Shown here: positions 1 through 11,374 of the stretch, piece after piece
Position numbering within the stretch: the stretch's first letter is position 1
Layout of the letters: every line of letters begins with the position of its first letter
Origin: an uncultured Desulfosarcina sp.
Lineage (GTDB): Bacteria > Desulfobacterota > Desulfobacteria > Desulfobacterales > Desulfosarcinaceae
Reading direction: 5' to 3'
Assembly: GCA_963674945.2 (NCBI GenBank)
Contig: CAXXWQ010000002.1
Span: 96,001-160,000, forward strand
DNA: 64,000 nt
Made by a program: the position numbers and the translations under genes
Notes under the pieces: model-generated
Seen by the model: only the letters and a program-made list of their open reading frames with translations
The model's database searches: none
What the model was told of the DNA's origin: nothing

Positions 1-305
1 CGGACCGGATATTGATCTCCCAATCAAGGAATATTTCTCAGATTGCTATAGAGATAGATATTACCCATACTTGGATTGGTGATCTCAGGGTAGTACTCAC
101 CGGACCTTCGGGGGCGCAGGCGATTCTCCATGATCGTTCAGGGTCAAATGCCGTCAACATTCAGCGTGTGTTTGATGCGGCGAATGCACAGGATCTGAAT
201 CGATTCCTCAATACAGATGCTCGTGGGGAATGGGTGCTTTCGGTTTCGGATCATGCCGGAAGAGACACGGGTAAGCTCAATCGTTGGGGTATCCGGATCC
301 ACTGA
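1..305 (+). CDS. C-terminal proprotein-convertase P-domain of a probable secreted protease (5' part outside the window)
   Basis: Motifs DITHTWIGDLRVVLTGPSG and GEWVLSVSDHAGRDTGKLNRW are typical of P-domains; the frame is open to the window edge. Confidence 0.8.
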   Translation, partial: DRILISQSRNISQIAIEIDITHTWIGDLRVVLTGPSGAQAILHDRSGSNAVNIQRVFDAANAQDLNRFLNTDARGEWVLSVSDHAGRDTGKLNRWGIRIH

Positions 306-467
306 TCCATGATAGCGTCGTTCAGAGAAACTGGTACCGAGGACATTTTCGACGAAGTTGAAATCACAGACTGCCACCGATGAATCTGTTGGTCGGAGAC
401 TTTTCAGGAAGCGCCGTCCAATACGTCCGGGCAAAATGCTATTCGAGTAGTGTTGGTTTCGGTTGCT

Positions 468-2081
468 TCAGGGCTTCGTCTTTTTCTCACCAAATCCGAT
501 CTTTTGGACCAGGCTCAGCGACCCGATGCGGCCGATCATATAATCGATGGCTTCGATCTTGAAAATCCGGCCCCACAAGCCGGTCAGAAATACGAAAATG
601 GCCGAGACGACGACAATCATCAAGACATCACAGATCAGCGTGGCAACTCCGATCAAGGATTGAAGTTCTCGGTGCACCAGCCAGAGGATCGCACCGATGG
701 CCAGGCCGGCGAGGATCGCTTTTCCGTAGGCTTGGTAAACGTCGACGGCCCCTTTGTTGTCGCTGCGCCGGTTCCAGACCGAGAACAACAAGATGGTCTG
801 GAGCAGAGCGGATGCGGAAATGGCCAGCCCGACACCGGCAATGCCCAGCATATGCAATCCGAACCAGTACACCGGAAGGCTCAACACCACGGCAATGGTG
901 CCGAAAACCGTCGGCAGCAGGGTGTTCTGGGTGGCATAGAAACCGCGGTTGACCACGGTCTGAGTAACGAAGGCGATGGCACCGACCATCAGACAGGCAA
1001 GGATCAGGGCCGTCATCATCGTATCGTCTTCGGTAAACCGGCCCCTTTCGAAAAGCACGCGCACGATCTCATGTCTTAGCACGGCCACCAGAACGGATAC
1101 CGGGATGACAACGGACAGATAGCGCAGCACTTTGTTGATGGTGTCGTTCAATTCCTGAATTTTTCCCCGGGCGGCCAACCGGGCCATAAAGGGGTAGGAG
1201 GCGACACCCACGGCCTGACCGAAAAAGCCCACCAGGATCATCATGACGCGCATGGCATAATCGATCCAGGCAATGGCGCCGGTGGGCAAAAAACTTCCGA
1301 AAAATTTTGAGAACAGTTCGGTGGAAAACACCATGGTCAGCCCGATCATCAGGGGAAGAGTCAGGAAAATATAGCGTCTTAGATCCGGATGACCAAGGTC
1401 GATGGTCGGTTTAAATTTCATGCCATTGCGCATGGCGCCAACAACCTGTAGCAAGAAGCTGCCGATGGCCGCACCTGCCAGCGCCCCCCAGCAAAACCCC
1501 TCCACGCCCGCATGGCGGCGTAAAAGCCACCCTCCGGTGATGATGCCGACGTTGTAGATCAGCGGCGCCAGGGCCGGAAAGACAAAGCGATTCTTCGCAT
1601 ATTGCACGGCCATGAGCATGCCGCCGGTGAAAAAGAAGAATTGGGCGGGAAGGGTGATACGGGTCATTCTGACTGCCAGGGAAATGAATCGGGGGTCCTT
1701 GCGTCCCGCCGCCAGAACCGGCACGATGGTGGGGGCGAAAATCATTGCCGCGATGATGAGGACCGCCAGAATGACTCCGAATACCGTCAGGATATTGGAA
1801 AATGTATGCCAGCCCGTATCTTCCCGGTTGTCGGCAAGGTAGTGGGAAAAAATGGGGATAAAGGTTACCGAGAGAAAGCCGCTGGCCAGGATATGATTGA
1901 GTATTTCGGGCAGGATAAAGGCAACACGATAGGCATCGACATCTGTTCCCGCGCCTGCCAGGGCGGCCAGTACCATCTCTCTTACAACACCGGTGACGCG
2001 GCTTAAGAAGATACTGGTCATCATGATGATGGTGGCCACACCGATTTTTTTGAATTGGCTTGAGGCTTCCGTCTGGTTCAT
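468..2081 (-). CDS. murJ: Lipid II flippase MurJ (MviN)
   Basis: 537-aa polytopic membrane protein with SRVTGVVRE, DAYRVAFILP and FERGRFT MviN motifs. Confidence 0.9.
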   Translation of the reverse strand: MNQTEASSQFKKIGVATIIMMTSIFLSRVTGVVREMVLAALAGAGTDVDAYRVAFILPEILNHILASGFLSVTFIPIFSHYLADNREDTGWHTFSNILTVFGVILAVLIIAAMIFAPTIVPVLAAGRKDPRFISLAVRMTRITLPAQFFFFTGGMLMAVQYAKNRFVFPALAPLIYNVGIITGGWLLRRHAGVEGFCWGALAGAAIGSFLLQVVGAMRNGMKFKPTIDLGHPDLRRYIFLTLPLMIGLTMVFSTELFSKFFGSFLPTGAIAWIDYAMRVMMILVGFFGQAVGVASYPFMARLAARGKIQELNDTINKVLRYLSVVIPVSVLVAVLRHEIVRVLFERGRFTEDDTMMTALILACLMVGAIAFVTQTVVNRGFYATQNTLLPTVFGTIAVVLSLPVYWFGLHMLGIAGVGLAISASALLQTILLFSVWNRRSDNKGAVDVYQAYGKAILAGLAIGAILWLVHRELQSLIGVATLICDVLMIVVVSAIFVFLTGLWGRIFKIEAIDYMIGRIGSLSLVQKIGFGEKKTKP

Positions 2082-2207
2082 GTTTACCCAGGTTCATCTA
2101 TTCATAAATTTTCAAGAAAATATTGCACCAACGTTCAACGATTGTAATAATCTGTATCGTAGACAAAAGTTGAAACGCCCCGTGTAGGTATAACCAAAAG
2201 GTGGTCC

Positions 2208-3386
2208 ATGCAACAACCATTTTCCTTCACCGCTATGCCGAAGCTGATTTTCGGTGCCGGAAAAACGGATCAACTGTCATCCATCGTTTCTTCTTTCGGC
2301 GGCAGCGTGCTTTTTGCCACCGGCGCCGGTTCCCTGGAGCGATCCGGGCATTTTGCACGCATTTCTCAGGACCTGCGTAGCATGAATATCAAGGTGCATC
2401 ACTGCCCCGTCGGCGGTGAGCCCTCACCCGCAGCCGTGGATGAAATCGTTTCGCGGCATCGGGGAAAGGGGATCCGGGTCGTGCTGGCCGTGGGCGGCGG
2501 CAGTGTGATCGATGCAGGCAAGGCAATTGCCGCCATGCTGGAGGAGGAAGGGAGTGTGGTCGATTTTTTGGAAGGGGTCGGCACCCGAACGCCGTCGGGC
2601 AGATCGCTTCCGGTCATTGCCGTGCCGACAACATCGGGTACGGGCAGTGAGGCGACGAAAAATGCCGTGATTTCCCAAACCGGCGACGAGGGGTTTAAGA
2701 AATCCCTGCGGCACGACAACTATATTCCCGCGATGGCCCTCATCGATCCGGTTCTGTGCACGACTGCACCCCAGCCGGTAACCGCCGCCTGCGGAATGGA
2801 TGCCCTGACCCAGTTGATGGAATCCTACGTCTCCACCAAGGCGTCGCCGCTCACCGATGCGTTGGCCATGGACGGTATGCGATATCTCATCCCGGCTCTT
2901 CCACAGGCCTTTGGTCACGGCGCCAGTGATGTCGGCTGCCGTGCTGCCGTGGCCTACGGCGCGTTTCTTTCAGGGGTTACCCTGGCCCACGCCGGTTTGG
3001 GCGTGGTTCACGGTGCGGCCGGTCCCATGGGTGGACTCGTTGCGGTCCCCCATGGCGTGGCCTGCGCCAATCTGTTGCCCTTTGCGGTAAAGGCCACCAT
3101 CGATAATCTGGTCTCTGCAGGTACGCCGGCGTCAGCGGCCGCCTTGGAGAAATTTGCCAGTATCGGAAGGCTGTTCGGAGCCGATTGGCATGCACCGGTA
3201 GATTGTTGCCGCCATCTTGTTTCTCGGCTGTATGACTGGCTGGATGAGTTGTCTCTGCCCCGCTTGGGCCGGTTCGGCGTGACGACTGATCAAGTCGACC
3301 GGTTGGTTGAAATTGCCGCCAACAAAAACAATCCACTGCCGTTGACCAGAAGGCAGATTCGGCAGATGATTCTTGACCGATGCTGA
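2208..3386 (+). CDS. Iron-containing alcohol dehydrogenase
   Basis: GGGSVIDAGK, PTTSGTGSEAT, GMDALTQ, GLGVVHG and PHGVAC motifs. Confidence 0.9.
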   Translation: MQQPFSFTAMPKLIFGAGKTDQLSSIVSSFGGSVLFATGAGSLERSGHFARISQDLRSMNIKVHHCPVGGEPSPAAVDEIVSRHRGKGIRVVLAVGGGSVIDAGKAIAAMLEEEGSVVDFLEGVGTRTPSGRSLPVIAVPTTSGTGSEATKNAVISQTGDEGFKKSLRHDNYIPAMALIDPVLCTTAPQPVTAACGMDALTQLMESYVSTKASPLTDALAMDGMRYLIPALPQAFGHGASDVGCRAAVAYGAFLSGVTLAHAGLGVVHGAAGPMGGLVAVPHGVACANLLPFAVKATIDNLVSAGTPASAAALEKFASIGRLFGADWHAPVDCCRHLVSRLYDWLDELSLPRLGRFGVTTDQVDRLVEIAANKNNPLPLTRRQIRQMILDRC

Positions 3387-3689
3387 CGGTTCCCCCGTTT
3401 GCGTTGAAAGACTCAACTTCTGTCCGAGTATTATGGACCTATTTGTGAGGATTCTGCCAGTTCTCATATTAAAAGCCAGGAGCTCTAGACGAGAAATCTC
3501 ACTTCATTTATATTTTCTATTTCATTCGGTGTCCACTATTTTTTTAAACTAATTGATAATATAAACGATCTCTCCTTTTTTATCTGCCTGCCATAAAATT
3601 TTTACGTATTTTTCTTATGTCCTATACGGCATAACCGATAAAAACAGTGAGATGTTGTGTTGCTAACACAATTAAAACAACAAAACGCT

Positions 3690-3716
3690 TAAAGTTATTC
3701 TCATATCAAACGATAA
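3690..3716 (+). promoter_or_regulatory. Putative sigma-28 (FliA) promoter of the MCP gene
   Basis: TAAA-N15-AACGATAA (TAAAGTTA...AACGATAA) versus consensus TAAA-N15-GCCGATAA, about 120 bp upstream of a chemoreceptor gene. Confidence 0.55.
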
Positions 3717-3834
3717 GGCGTTTTATGGATATCTTTGAACAGTTATATTTTAAATAAGCTGCGTGTTGAGTAGAAGCTGACTCGAATGCCAAGTGGAATC
3801 TGAATTGAATGACCTTTATTGTGGAGGAATCCGA

Positions 3835-5865
3835 ATGGGAATCAAAAACATGACCCTCAAAACGACATTGAAAACGACCCTCAGAACGAAATTGATTTTC
3901 AGTTTTGCGATTATAATTGTTCTTCTCCTTCTCGTTTCGATGGTAGGTTACAGGGCGTCCCGACAGGCATCCATAGGATTTACACAATTCCATGAGATGG
4001 CACGTGACGCCGATCTGTCCGAACGCCTTCAATCCAACATGTTGATGATGCGCATGAATGTGAAGGATTTCATCATCAGGGGCAGCGACGAAAATATAGA
4101 GCAATACGATCACTACCTTAAGATAATGAATGGATTTTTGGAAGAGGCCAAAAAGGAGATCCATGATCCGGAAAGGGCCAAAAAGGTAGCGTTCATTGAT
4201 AAAGAAGTGCGTGAATACCAGCGTTCTTTTGCCAAGGTCGTTGAATTTAAAAAGCAGCGCAACCATATGGTCCATGAGATTTTGGATCTTGACGGCCCGC
4301 GTATGGAAAAAGACCTTACCGCCATCATGACATCAGCCGAGAAGGATCAGGATCTCAAAGCCACGTTTCATGCCGGATTGGCCCTGCGGAATCTTATACT
4401 TGGGCGTCTTTATGTGGCAAAGTTTCTGGAAACAAATACGCCCGAAAGCGCCGAAAGGGTCGCTGCTGAATTCGCGGCATTTGAGAGTGAACTGTCTGCG
4501 CTGGATGCTTGTCTGGATAATTTCGAGCGGAGACTTTTTCTGGAAGGGCTCAATCGCACCGAGAAAAAATACCTGCAGACATTTAAGGACGTAGCCGCCC
4601 TTATTAATACGCGCAACGAGGTCATCACCGGCACACTGGACCGCATCGGACCGGAGATCGCAAAGAAGGTCGAAGAGATCAGACTTTCCATCAAAACCGT
4701 TCAGGATGACATCGGTCCCCGCCTGCAGGCCGCCAACAAAGATTCCATGCGAAGGATCGGGCTCGCCACCGTAGCAGCACTGCTGGCAGGGGGACTTCTG
4801 GTTTTCTTCCTTGTTCGCAATGTAGCCAATCTACTTGGTGGTGATCCTTCCGAAATTGCAAATGTGGCCCACAACATCGCAAAGGGAAACCTGATCATAG
4901 ACTTCAACGGCTCCAAGAAGGGACAAAAAATCATCGGCGTTTACAAAGACATGGAAACCATGACCAACAACTTGAAGCGCATGTTTGCAGATATCAATAA
5001 CGGCGTCGAGACGTTGACCTCCTCGGCAACCGAGCTTTCGGCCATATCCGAGCAGATGACAGCAGGCGTCCAGACCGTTGCGGAAAAATCCAACACGGTT
5101 TCCGCAGCCGCCGAAGAGATGAGCACCAACATGACCAATGTGGCCGCAGCCATGGAGCAGTCGGCGACCAATACCAACATGGTGGCCACGGCTTCTGAGG
5201 AAATGTCCTCAACCATTGACGAAATCGCGCAAAATGCCGAAAAGGCGCGCTGTATTTCAGAGGAGGCTGCAGGAAAAGCATCCAACACGACCACCAACAT
5301 GAGTCAACTTGGTAAAGCCGCCGATTCCATCGGCAAGGTGGTTGAGACCATCACCGATATTTCCGAGCAGGTCAACCTGCTGGCCCTGAACGCCACCATC
5401 GAGGCGGCCCGGGCCGGCGAAGCGGGAAAGGGCTTTGCCGTCGTGGCCAATGAGATTAAGGAATTGGCCAAGCAGACCGCCGATGCCAGCCAGGATATCA
5501 AGGGAAAAATCGATGGGATTCAGGGAACCACCACTACCACGATGACGCAGATTTCAGAGATTACCAAGGTGATTACGGATGTTAACGAAGTCGTGAACAC
5601 CATTGCCACCGCCGTCGAGGAGCAGTCTGCGGCCACCAAGGAGATTGCCGGTAACGTGGCACAAGCGTCCACAGGCATACAGGAGGTCAGCGATAATGTC
5701 GGCCAGAGCAGTTCGGTGTCCGAAGAAATATCCAGAGATATCGCCGCTGTAAGCCAATCCATGGAAGAGATGTCCACAAGCAGCAGCCAGGTAAATCTCA
5801 GCGCACAAGACCTGTCCAAACTTTCCGAAAATCTCAAGCGATTGATGGAACAGTTTACAATTTGA
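3835..5865 (+). CDS. Methyl-accepting chemotaxis protein with a large periplasmic helical sensor domain
   Basis: Two TM segments; signalling motif [39 protein letters not shown] before ATG 3835. Confidence 0.95.
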   Translation: MGIKNMTLKTTLKTTLRTKLIFSFAIIIVLLLLVSMVGYRASRQASIGFTQFHEMARDADLSERLQSNMLMMRMNVKDFIIRGSDENIEQYDHYLKIMNGFLEEAKKEIHDPERAKKVAFIDKEVREYQRSFAKVVEFKKQRNHMVHEILDLDGPRMEKDLTAIMTSAEKDQDLKATFHAGLALRNLILGRLYVAKFLETNTPESAERVAAEFAAFESELSALDACLDNFERRLFLEGLNRTEKKYLQTFKDVAALINTRNEVITGTLDRIGPEIAKKVEEIRLSIKTVQDDIGPRLQAANKDSMRRIGLATVAALLAGGLLVFFLVRNVANLLGGDPSEIANVAHNIAKGNLIIDFNGSKKGQKIIGVYKDMETMTNNLKRMFADINNGVETLTSSATELSAISEQMTAGVQTVAEKSNTVSAAAEEMSTNMTNVAAAMEQSATNTNMVATASEEMSSTIDEIAQNAEKARCISEEAAGKASNTTTNMSQLGKAADSIGKVVETITDISEQVNLLALNATIEAARAGEAGKGFAVVANEIKELAKQTADASQDIKGKIDGIQGTTTTTMTQISEITKVITDVNEVVNTIATAVEEQSAATKEIAGNVAQASTGIQEVSDNVGQSSSVSEEISRDIAAVSQSMEEMSTSSSQVNLSAQDLSKLSENLKRLMEQFTI

Positions 5866-5951
5866 AGCAAATGTCCTGCAACTGGATTAAAACCCATGCT
5901 TCCACTGTCGGCGTGATAAATGTGGTGGAGCACACGGAAGTAGGTGGGCGA

Positions 5952-6134
5952 ATGATATTCAAGGATGTTGAGGAAATCCAGTCTCTTCTGGATAAAACGA
6001 CTTCAACCAAAGATCGGCTGCATACCAGCCTCATGCTTCTAAGCGAAAAAAAGGAAGAACTGAGGCAGCTGATTGCGCCGCTTGAGTCAATATTGGAACT
6101 TGTAAGGCAAAGGCATGAAGACACGAATAGATGA
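5952..6134 (+). CDS. Small hypothetical coiled-coil protein (60 aa)
   Basis: ATG preceded by AGGTGG; charged, Leu-rich amphipathic sequence. Confidence 0.45.
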   Translation: MIFKDVEEIQSLLDKTTSTKDRLHTSLMLLSEKKEELRQLIAPLESILELVRQRHEDTNR

Positions 6135-6455
6135 TAATCATCGGATCGAATGAGCCTTTTTCCGCTCCCGAAATCCGTTACAAAGGATGAACTCGCAAAA
6201 AACCGGATGCAGGACATTTTTCGAAACCGTAAAAAAAGGGGGTTGTGCATTTTATCGCCGCAACTTTGCATCGCTTCTCCATCAATCGTGGCACTCGGAG
6301 CACTCACGGAGTAAAGGTGGTTTTTGTCGATGCGAACATTTTTTGTTCGCCTTGACAGAATGGTGAAAAAATAGGATCTTTATTTTGTGCGAACTGAAAA
6401 GTTCGTCCACAGAACGATCATAAAACAGGCCCTTACCCAACTTTGCCAAGTGAGA

Positions 6456-8510
6456 ATGATGCCCAACGCAGACGGTCATAACGGCGCACGAATCGTATCC
6501 TGGCTGGCCTTCGTTGTTACGGCGTTCATTGCCCTGTTTCTTCCTGTTGGTTTCTTTTCCGTCTCATACCAGTTCGAGTCCGGACAATTGGTTGCAGAAG
6601 CCGAACTCATGGCAAGGAGCATTTCACGCATCATCGAAGAAAACCCAACGATGTGGCACCTCGAAAGAAAACGCATCGAAAAGGATGGGGCGTGCTTAGT
6701 ACCGGGAGGCGGCCGGGGTGCATGGCAAGTGTTCGATGAAAATGGACACATGGTGACGGGGTGTATGGACGGTCTTCTTTCTCCTTTCATGACAAGATCC
6801 CAAACGCTGCTGGTTGCCGGCAATCCCGCGGGAACCGTAAAAGTATTTCGCCCCATGCGATCCTTGCTGAAAAATAGCCTCATATTCACTCTTGGGATGC
6901 TTCCCCTGGCTGCGGGTTCCTTTTTCATTGTAAGATACATTCTCATGAGAGCGATTCAAGAAAACGTCAAAGATTCTCTTAAGAAGGAACGGGACAGGGC
7001 GCAGCAATATCTCGATATCGCAAGTGTAATGCTCGTCGCATTAGATGAGACTGGGTCCATTACGATGATAAATCGCAGGGGTTGTGAGGTGCTGGGGCAA
7101 GCGGAAGATGAACTTCTCAACAAGAACTGGTTCGATCATGTTCTCTCCGAAAGGGAGAGGAAAGAGGAACATGATCTTTTTTTCCAGATGATTAAAGATC
7201 TGATGCCAACCAGAAGGGGAGTTTGCCCGGTTGTGACAAGTGACGGTGAAGAGCGGATCATAGAATGGTACCATAGCTTGTTGACTGATGCCGGCGGTGG
7301 TTCTACGGGCGTGCTCAGTTCAGGAGAGGATATTACCGAACGGGTGAACCTGGAATCCCAACTGCGGCATATTCAGAAAATGGAAGCGATCGGACAACTC
7401 GCAGGTGGTGTTGCCCATGATTTCAACAATATCCTCACCGTGATTATCGGATTTTGCAGCTTGATGAAGATGCAGATGAGCGCAAAAGATCCGAACCAGG
7501 AGAACCTCGATCTGATTCTCGATTCAGCGGAACAGGGGGCCGACTTGACACAAAGCCTTCTGATGTTAAGCCGCAAAGATAAACTCAATCCAAAACAGGC
7601 CGACTTGAATGAGCTTGTCGACAATGCCGGCAAACTTATTACACGAATCATCGGTGAAGACGTTCAACTCAAGGTTTTTCGGACCCAAACGCCCCTATTG
7701 GTCTTCGTTGACAGGGGACAGATCGAACAGATTTTGATGAATCTAAGTGCGAATGCAAGGGATGCGATGGGAAAGGGAGGGCACCTGACCATTGAGACGA
7801 CGAACTATACCATCGATAAATCATTCATCCATGCTTATGGATTTGGAACACCCGGTGAATATGCCCAGATCACCGTATCCGATACCGGCCATGGATTCGA
7901 TGAAGTTATCCGCGAAAGAATTTTCGAGCCTTTCTACTCAACAAAGGAGCCGGGAAAAGGAACGGGTCTCGGATTGTCCATCGTCTATGGGATCGTAAAA
8001 CAGCACGGCGGTTTTATCACTGTATACAGTGAGCGTGGAACAGGTACCGTGTTTTGTATCTATCTTCCGCTTATGGAACAAAAGGAAAAAGCAGAGGGCG
8101 ATACCAAGGTGAAAAATTTGCCGATGACGGGAACAGAGACAATTCTATTGGCCGAAGACGCCCCCGAAGTGAGGAAATTCGAAGCATCCATTCTTGAGGA
8201 GTTCGGCTATAAGGTCATCCTTGCCAGGGACGGCCAGGAGGCCGTCAATCTCTTTTCCGAAAACCGGGAGCGCATTCGGCTTGTTCTCATCGACGCCATC
8301 ATGCCGAAAAAAAGCGGGCTTAGCGCTTACAAGGAGATGCAAAACATCGAACCGGAGGCGAAATTCATCTTTACTTCCGGCTATGCAAAAGAGATCATTC
8401 GGATCCGGGAGGATTTTGAAGAAGAAATAGAGCTGATCACCAAACCGATTCAACCCATGGAGCTTTTGAAAACGATCCGGCAAACCCTTGATGCAACTTC
8501 ATCCAACTGA
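6456..8510 (+). CDS. Hybrid PAS sensor histidine kinase / receiver (CckA-like); start uncertain
   Basis: TM segments, PAS domain, H-box GGVAHDFNNIL, NARDAM, FEPFYSTKEPGKGTGLGL, C-terminal receiver domain. Confidence 0.9.
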   Translation: MMPNADGHNGARIVSWLAFVVTAFIALFLPVGFFSVSYQFESGQLVAEAELMARSISRIIEENPTMWHLERKRIEKDGACLVPGGGRGAWQVFDENGHMVTGCMDGLLSPFMTRSQTLLVAGNPAGTVKVFRPMRSLLKNSLIFTLGMLPLAAGSFFIVRYILMRAIQENVKDSLKKERDRAQQYLDIASVMLVALDETGSITMINRRGCEVLGQAEDELLNKNWFDHVLSERERKEEHDLFFQMIKDLMPTRRGVCPVVTSDGEERIIEWYHSLLTDAGGGSTGVLSSGEDITERVNLESQLRHIQKMEAIGQLAGGVAHDFNNILTVIIGFCSLMKMQMSAKDPNQENLDLILDSAEQGADLTQSLLMLSRKDKLNPKQADLNELVDNAGKLITRIIGEDVQLKVFRTQTPLLVFVDRGQIEQILMNLSANARDAMGKGGHLTIETTNYTIDKSFIHAYGFGTPGEYAQITVSDTGHGFDEVIRERIFEPFYSTKEPGKGTGLGLSIVYGIVKQHGGFITVYSERGTGTVFCIYLPLMEQKEKAEGDTKVKNLPMTGTETILLAEDAPEVRKFEASILEEFGYKVILARDGQEAVNLFSENRERIRLVLIDAIMPKKSGLSAYKEMQNIEPEAKFIFTSGYAKEIIRIREDFEEEIELITKPIQPMELLKTIRQTLDATSSN

Positions 8511-8563
8511 ACGGTTTGGACACCGTAGTGCAATGCACGAACGAAAAGACAGAAAAAAACCTT

Positions 8564-10360
8564 CTACCCTGCTTTAACCATTTCCATGAATTCGTCTTCC
8601 ATGAGTACTTCTTTCTTTAGAAGGGATTCCGCCACCTTGATCAGCGTTTCTTTCCTGTTTTCGATCAGGTCGGTGACATGTGATTCTCTCTGTTGAAGAA
8701 TCTGGCGAACCTCCTCGTCCAAACGGGCAGCAGTCTGCTCACTGTATTCACGGGATGCCCCGCCGGATGGATTGCCCAGAAATCCCGGCCCCGGATTTCG
8801 CGGATAGGTTGACAGCCCGAGGGTTTCGCCCATGCCGTATTCGGAGACGATGGCCCTTGCAATGTCCGTTGCCCGCTGCAGGTCGTTGTGTGCACCGGTC
8901 GTCACATCCAAGAACATGATCTTTTCGGCCACCCGGCCACCCAGCAATACATCGATCTTGGAGAGAAGTTCCTGACGGCTCATCAGGTACCGGTCCTCGG
9001 TTGGACGCTGCTGGGTGTACCCCAGGGCCGCCAGTCCCCGGGGAACGATGGATATTTTGTGTACGGCATCGCACTCCGGCGTCAGTGCCGCGACCAACGC
9101 GTGGCCCACTTCGTGGTAGGCCACGATCTTCTTTTCCTTCGGATTGATCACCCGGTTCTTTTTCTCCAGTCCACCGATGAGCCTGTCTACGGCTTCGTCC
9201 AGTTCAGTTAGACTTACTGCTGCCTTGTTTTTTCGTGCAGCAAGCAACGCGGCCTCGTTGACCACGTTTGCCAGGTCGGCACCGGAAAATCCCGGTGTCT
9301 TTTGGGCGATCACCGTAAGGTCCACATCTTCTGCAAGCTTGATGTTTTTGGCGTGGATTTCCAAAATGGCTTTTCGGCCGTTCACGTCGGGGCGATCCAC
9401 CAGCACCTGCCGATCGAATCGGCCCGAACGCAGCAAGGCGGGATCGAGTACTTCGGGCCGATTCGTGGCGGCCATGATCACCACGCCTTTTCTGCCGTCG
9501 AAACCGTCCATCTCCACCAGCAGCTGGTTCAGGGTCTGCTCACGCTCGTCGTGACCGGCTACCATGCCGGCGCCGCGGGCCTTTCCCAGAGCGTCCAGTT
9601 CGTCGATGAAGATGATGCAAGGGGCTTTTTCCCGGGCCTGGGTGAACAGATCGCGCACACGGGCGGCACCCATGCCCACGAACATTTCAACGAAATCCGA
9701 GCCGCTGATGGCAAAAAACGGAACGCCGGCTTCCCCTGCCACCGCACGGGCCAGCAAGGTCTTGCCGGTTCCCGGTGGTCCCACCAGCAGAATTCCCTTT
9801 GGCATCCGGCCGCCCAAATCCTGGTATCGTTTCGGTTCGGTGAGAAAGGAGACGATTTCATTCAGCTCATCCTTGGCTTCATCGGCACCGGCAACATCGG
9901 CGAAACGGGTATCGATATCGTGCTCACCCACCAGCTTGGCCTTGTTTTTTCCCAGCGTCATCATTCCGGCGGCACCGGCCTGCATGCGCTTCATGAGGAA
10001 AAACCAGATGAAGTAAAAGATGGCGATGGGAATCAACCAGGAAAAAAGCGTCTTGAAAAAAGTGTTTTCAACCTGTCCCGAGTACTTAATATTGTGACCG
10101 GATAACTTGGTAGCGAGATCGTTGTCCACGCGCACGGTCTTGAAAAAAATTTCATTCCCCTTATCGTCAAGCATTTTGCCGTGAATGGCGGTTTCGCTGA
10201 TGGAAATTTCCTTGACACGGTCGTCCTTCACCGCCTGAATGAACTCACTATAGGGAATGATGCTGGGTTTGAACTGGGCAATGAGAAGATTTTGGAGGAT
10301 CAACACGCCCAATATGGCCATCAAAACGTAGGAGAGGTTGAATTGATGCTTTTTTTCCAT
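8564..10360 (-). CDS. ftsH: ATP-dependent zinc metalloprotease FtsH
   Basis: Walker A GPPGTGKT, Walker B IFIDELD, SRH, HEVGH zinc motif. Confidence 0.97.
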   Translation of the reverse strand: MEKKHQFNLSYVLMAILGVLILQNLLIAQFKPSIIPYSEFIQAVKDDRVKEISISETAIHGKMLDDKGNEIFFKTVRVDNDLATKLSGHNIKYSGQVENTFFKTLFSWLIPIAIFYFIWFFLMKRMQAGAAGMMTLGKNKAKLVGEHDIDTRFADVAGADEAKDELNEIVSFLTEPKRYQDLGGRMPKGILLVGPPGTGKTLLARAVAGEAGVPFFAISGSDFVEMFVGMGAARVRDLFTQAREKAPCIIFIDELDALGKARGAGMVAGHDEREQTLNQLLVEMDGFDGRKGVVIMAATNRPEVLDPALLRSGRFDRQVLVDRPDVNGRKAILEIHAKNIKLAEDVDLTVIAQKTPGFSGADLANVVNEAALLAARKNKAAVSLTELDEAVDRLIGGLEKKNRVINPKEKKIVAYHEVGHALVAALTPECDAVHKISIVPRGLAALGYTQQRPTEDRYLMSRQELLSKIDVLLGGRVAEKIMFLDVTTGAHNDLQRATDIARAIVSEYGMGETLGLSTYPRNPGPGFLGNPSGGASREYSEQTAARLDEEVRQILQQRESHVTDLIENRKETLIKVAESLLKKEVLMEDEFMEMVKAG

Positions 10361-10389
10361 GTTTACACCTTATTATGTTATTCAATAAA

Positions 10390-10630
10390 GAACATCCGGT
10401 GCTTAGGCCCAGGCCAGAGATGATTGATTCTGCCGTATGATCATTACAAGAATCCAGGAGTCAGAATTCAGCGTCGCTGCCGACCTTTGGCCGGTTTGAA
10501 CGACAACGGAAACTATGCCATTTTGGCGTAGTTTCATACGAGAATCCAGAATCAGGTATTCGCCTTCGGCTCGATCCATTTTTCAAGGGGAGCTCAAAGC
10601 AGACTCCTCCGGTTCCGGACTTTACTCTGA
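10390..10630 (+). repeat. Dispersed intergenic repeat family E, copy 1 (with a 69-bp internal insert at 10472-10540)
   Basis: Shares GGT(G/C)CT..GGCCCAGG...GTATGA...CAAGAATCCAGGAG.CAGAATTCAG and AATCAGGTATTCGCCTTCGGCTCGATCCAT with the copies at about 11070, 33625 and 49690. Confidence 0.8.
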
Positions 10631-11050
10631 TTGTGGCATCGAACACCGTGGACCGTGTCGATAAAACCATCCCATGGCGGCCACGGCACCGATTATCCCA
10701 CCGACCCAGTCGGCAAAAAGATCATACCCATCGGCTGACCGCGTCGGCACCAGTGACTGATGAAACTCATCGCTGGCCCCGTAAAGACCGGTGAAGGCGA
10801 TGCTGATAATCAGGAGCCAAACGTCTGAAAGCCCGGGATGCCAGGTGCGCCGGGCGGCCCGGAAAAACAGTGCGGCCAACAGGCCATAGACGCCGGCATG
10901 AAGGAACTTGTCCCAATGGGGAATATCGGGCTTGGAATCGAATGTCTGGAAACAGGACTGAATGAAAATTGCCGCGCAAAGCACGATGACGGGAAACCAT
11001 TGGATAACCGGACTGTTTTGTCCAGAGTCGTTTTTCATGGTCGCTTTCAT
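10622..11050 (-). CDS. VanZ family membrane protein
   Basis: DKFLHAGVYGLL, YGASDEFHQSLVPTRSAD and DLFAD motifs; the longer ORF-track N-terminus is repeat-derived. Confidence 0.85.
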   Translation of the reverse strand: MKATMKNDSGQNSPVIQWFPVIVLCAAIFIQSCFQTFDSKPDIPHWDKFLHAGVYGLLAALFFRAARRTWHPGLSDVWLLIISIAFTGLYGASDEFHQSLVPTRSADGYDLFADWVGGIIGAVAAMGWFYRHGPRCSMPQSE

Positions 11051-11069
11051 GGAATCCAATGCCAAAATA

Positions 11070-11370
11070 GTAAAATTTGGTCCTCTGGGCCAGGTTACAA
11101 GATAAATGGTTCTGGCGTATGATTGTTCCAAGAATCCAGGAGCCAGAATTCAGCGCCGCCAGCATCAGGTATTCGCCTTCGGATCGAGCCATCCATTGAT
11201 GAAAAAATGCCAAATTCCATGCACCAAATAACAAATGGTTTACAAACCTCAATGTGCAGTTTCTATTTTTCCCGTTTGGTTTGTTTGGAATCTGGATATT
11301 GGGATTTTTACATATGGGTGGAGCGAAGCGACAACATCGCCACTATGACTTCTTGCTCCTGGATTCTGCA
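11070..11370 (+). repeat. Dispersed intergenic repeat family E, copy 2 (with a nested heptamer-arm insert at about 11200-11308)
   Basis: TTGGTCCTCTGGGCCAGG...CAAGAATCCAGGAGCCAGAATTCAG...CAGGTATTCGCCTTCGG...GAGCGAAGCGAC...CTCCTGGATTCT. Confidence 0.8.
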
Positions 11371-11374
11371 GTTT

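Noticed and set aside
6187..6210. GATGAACTCGCAAAAAA as the end of another mini-element
   Set aside because: No partner inverted repeat or second copy found in the window
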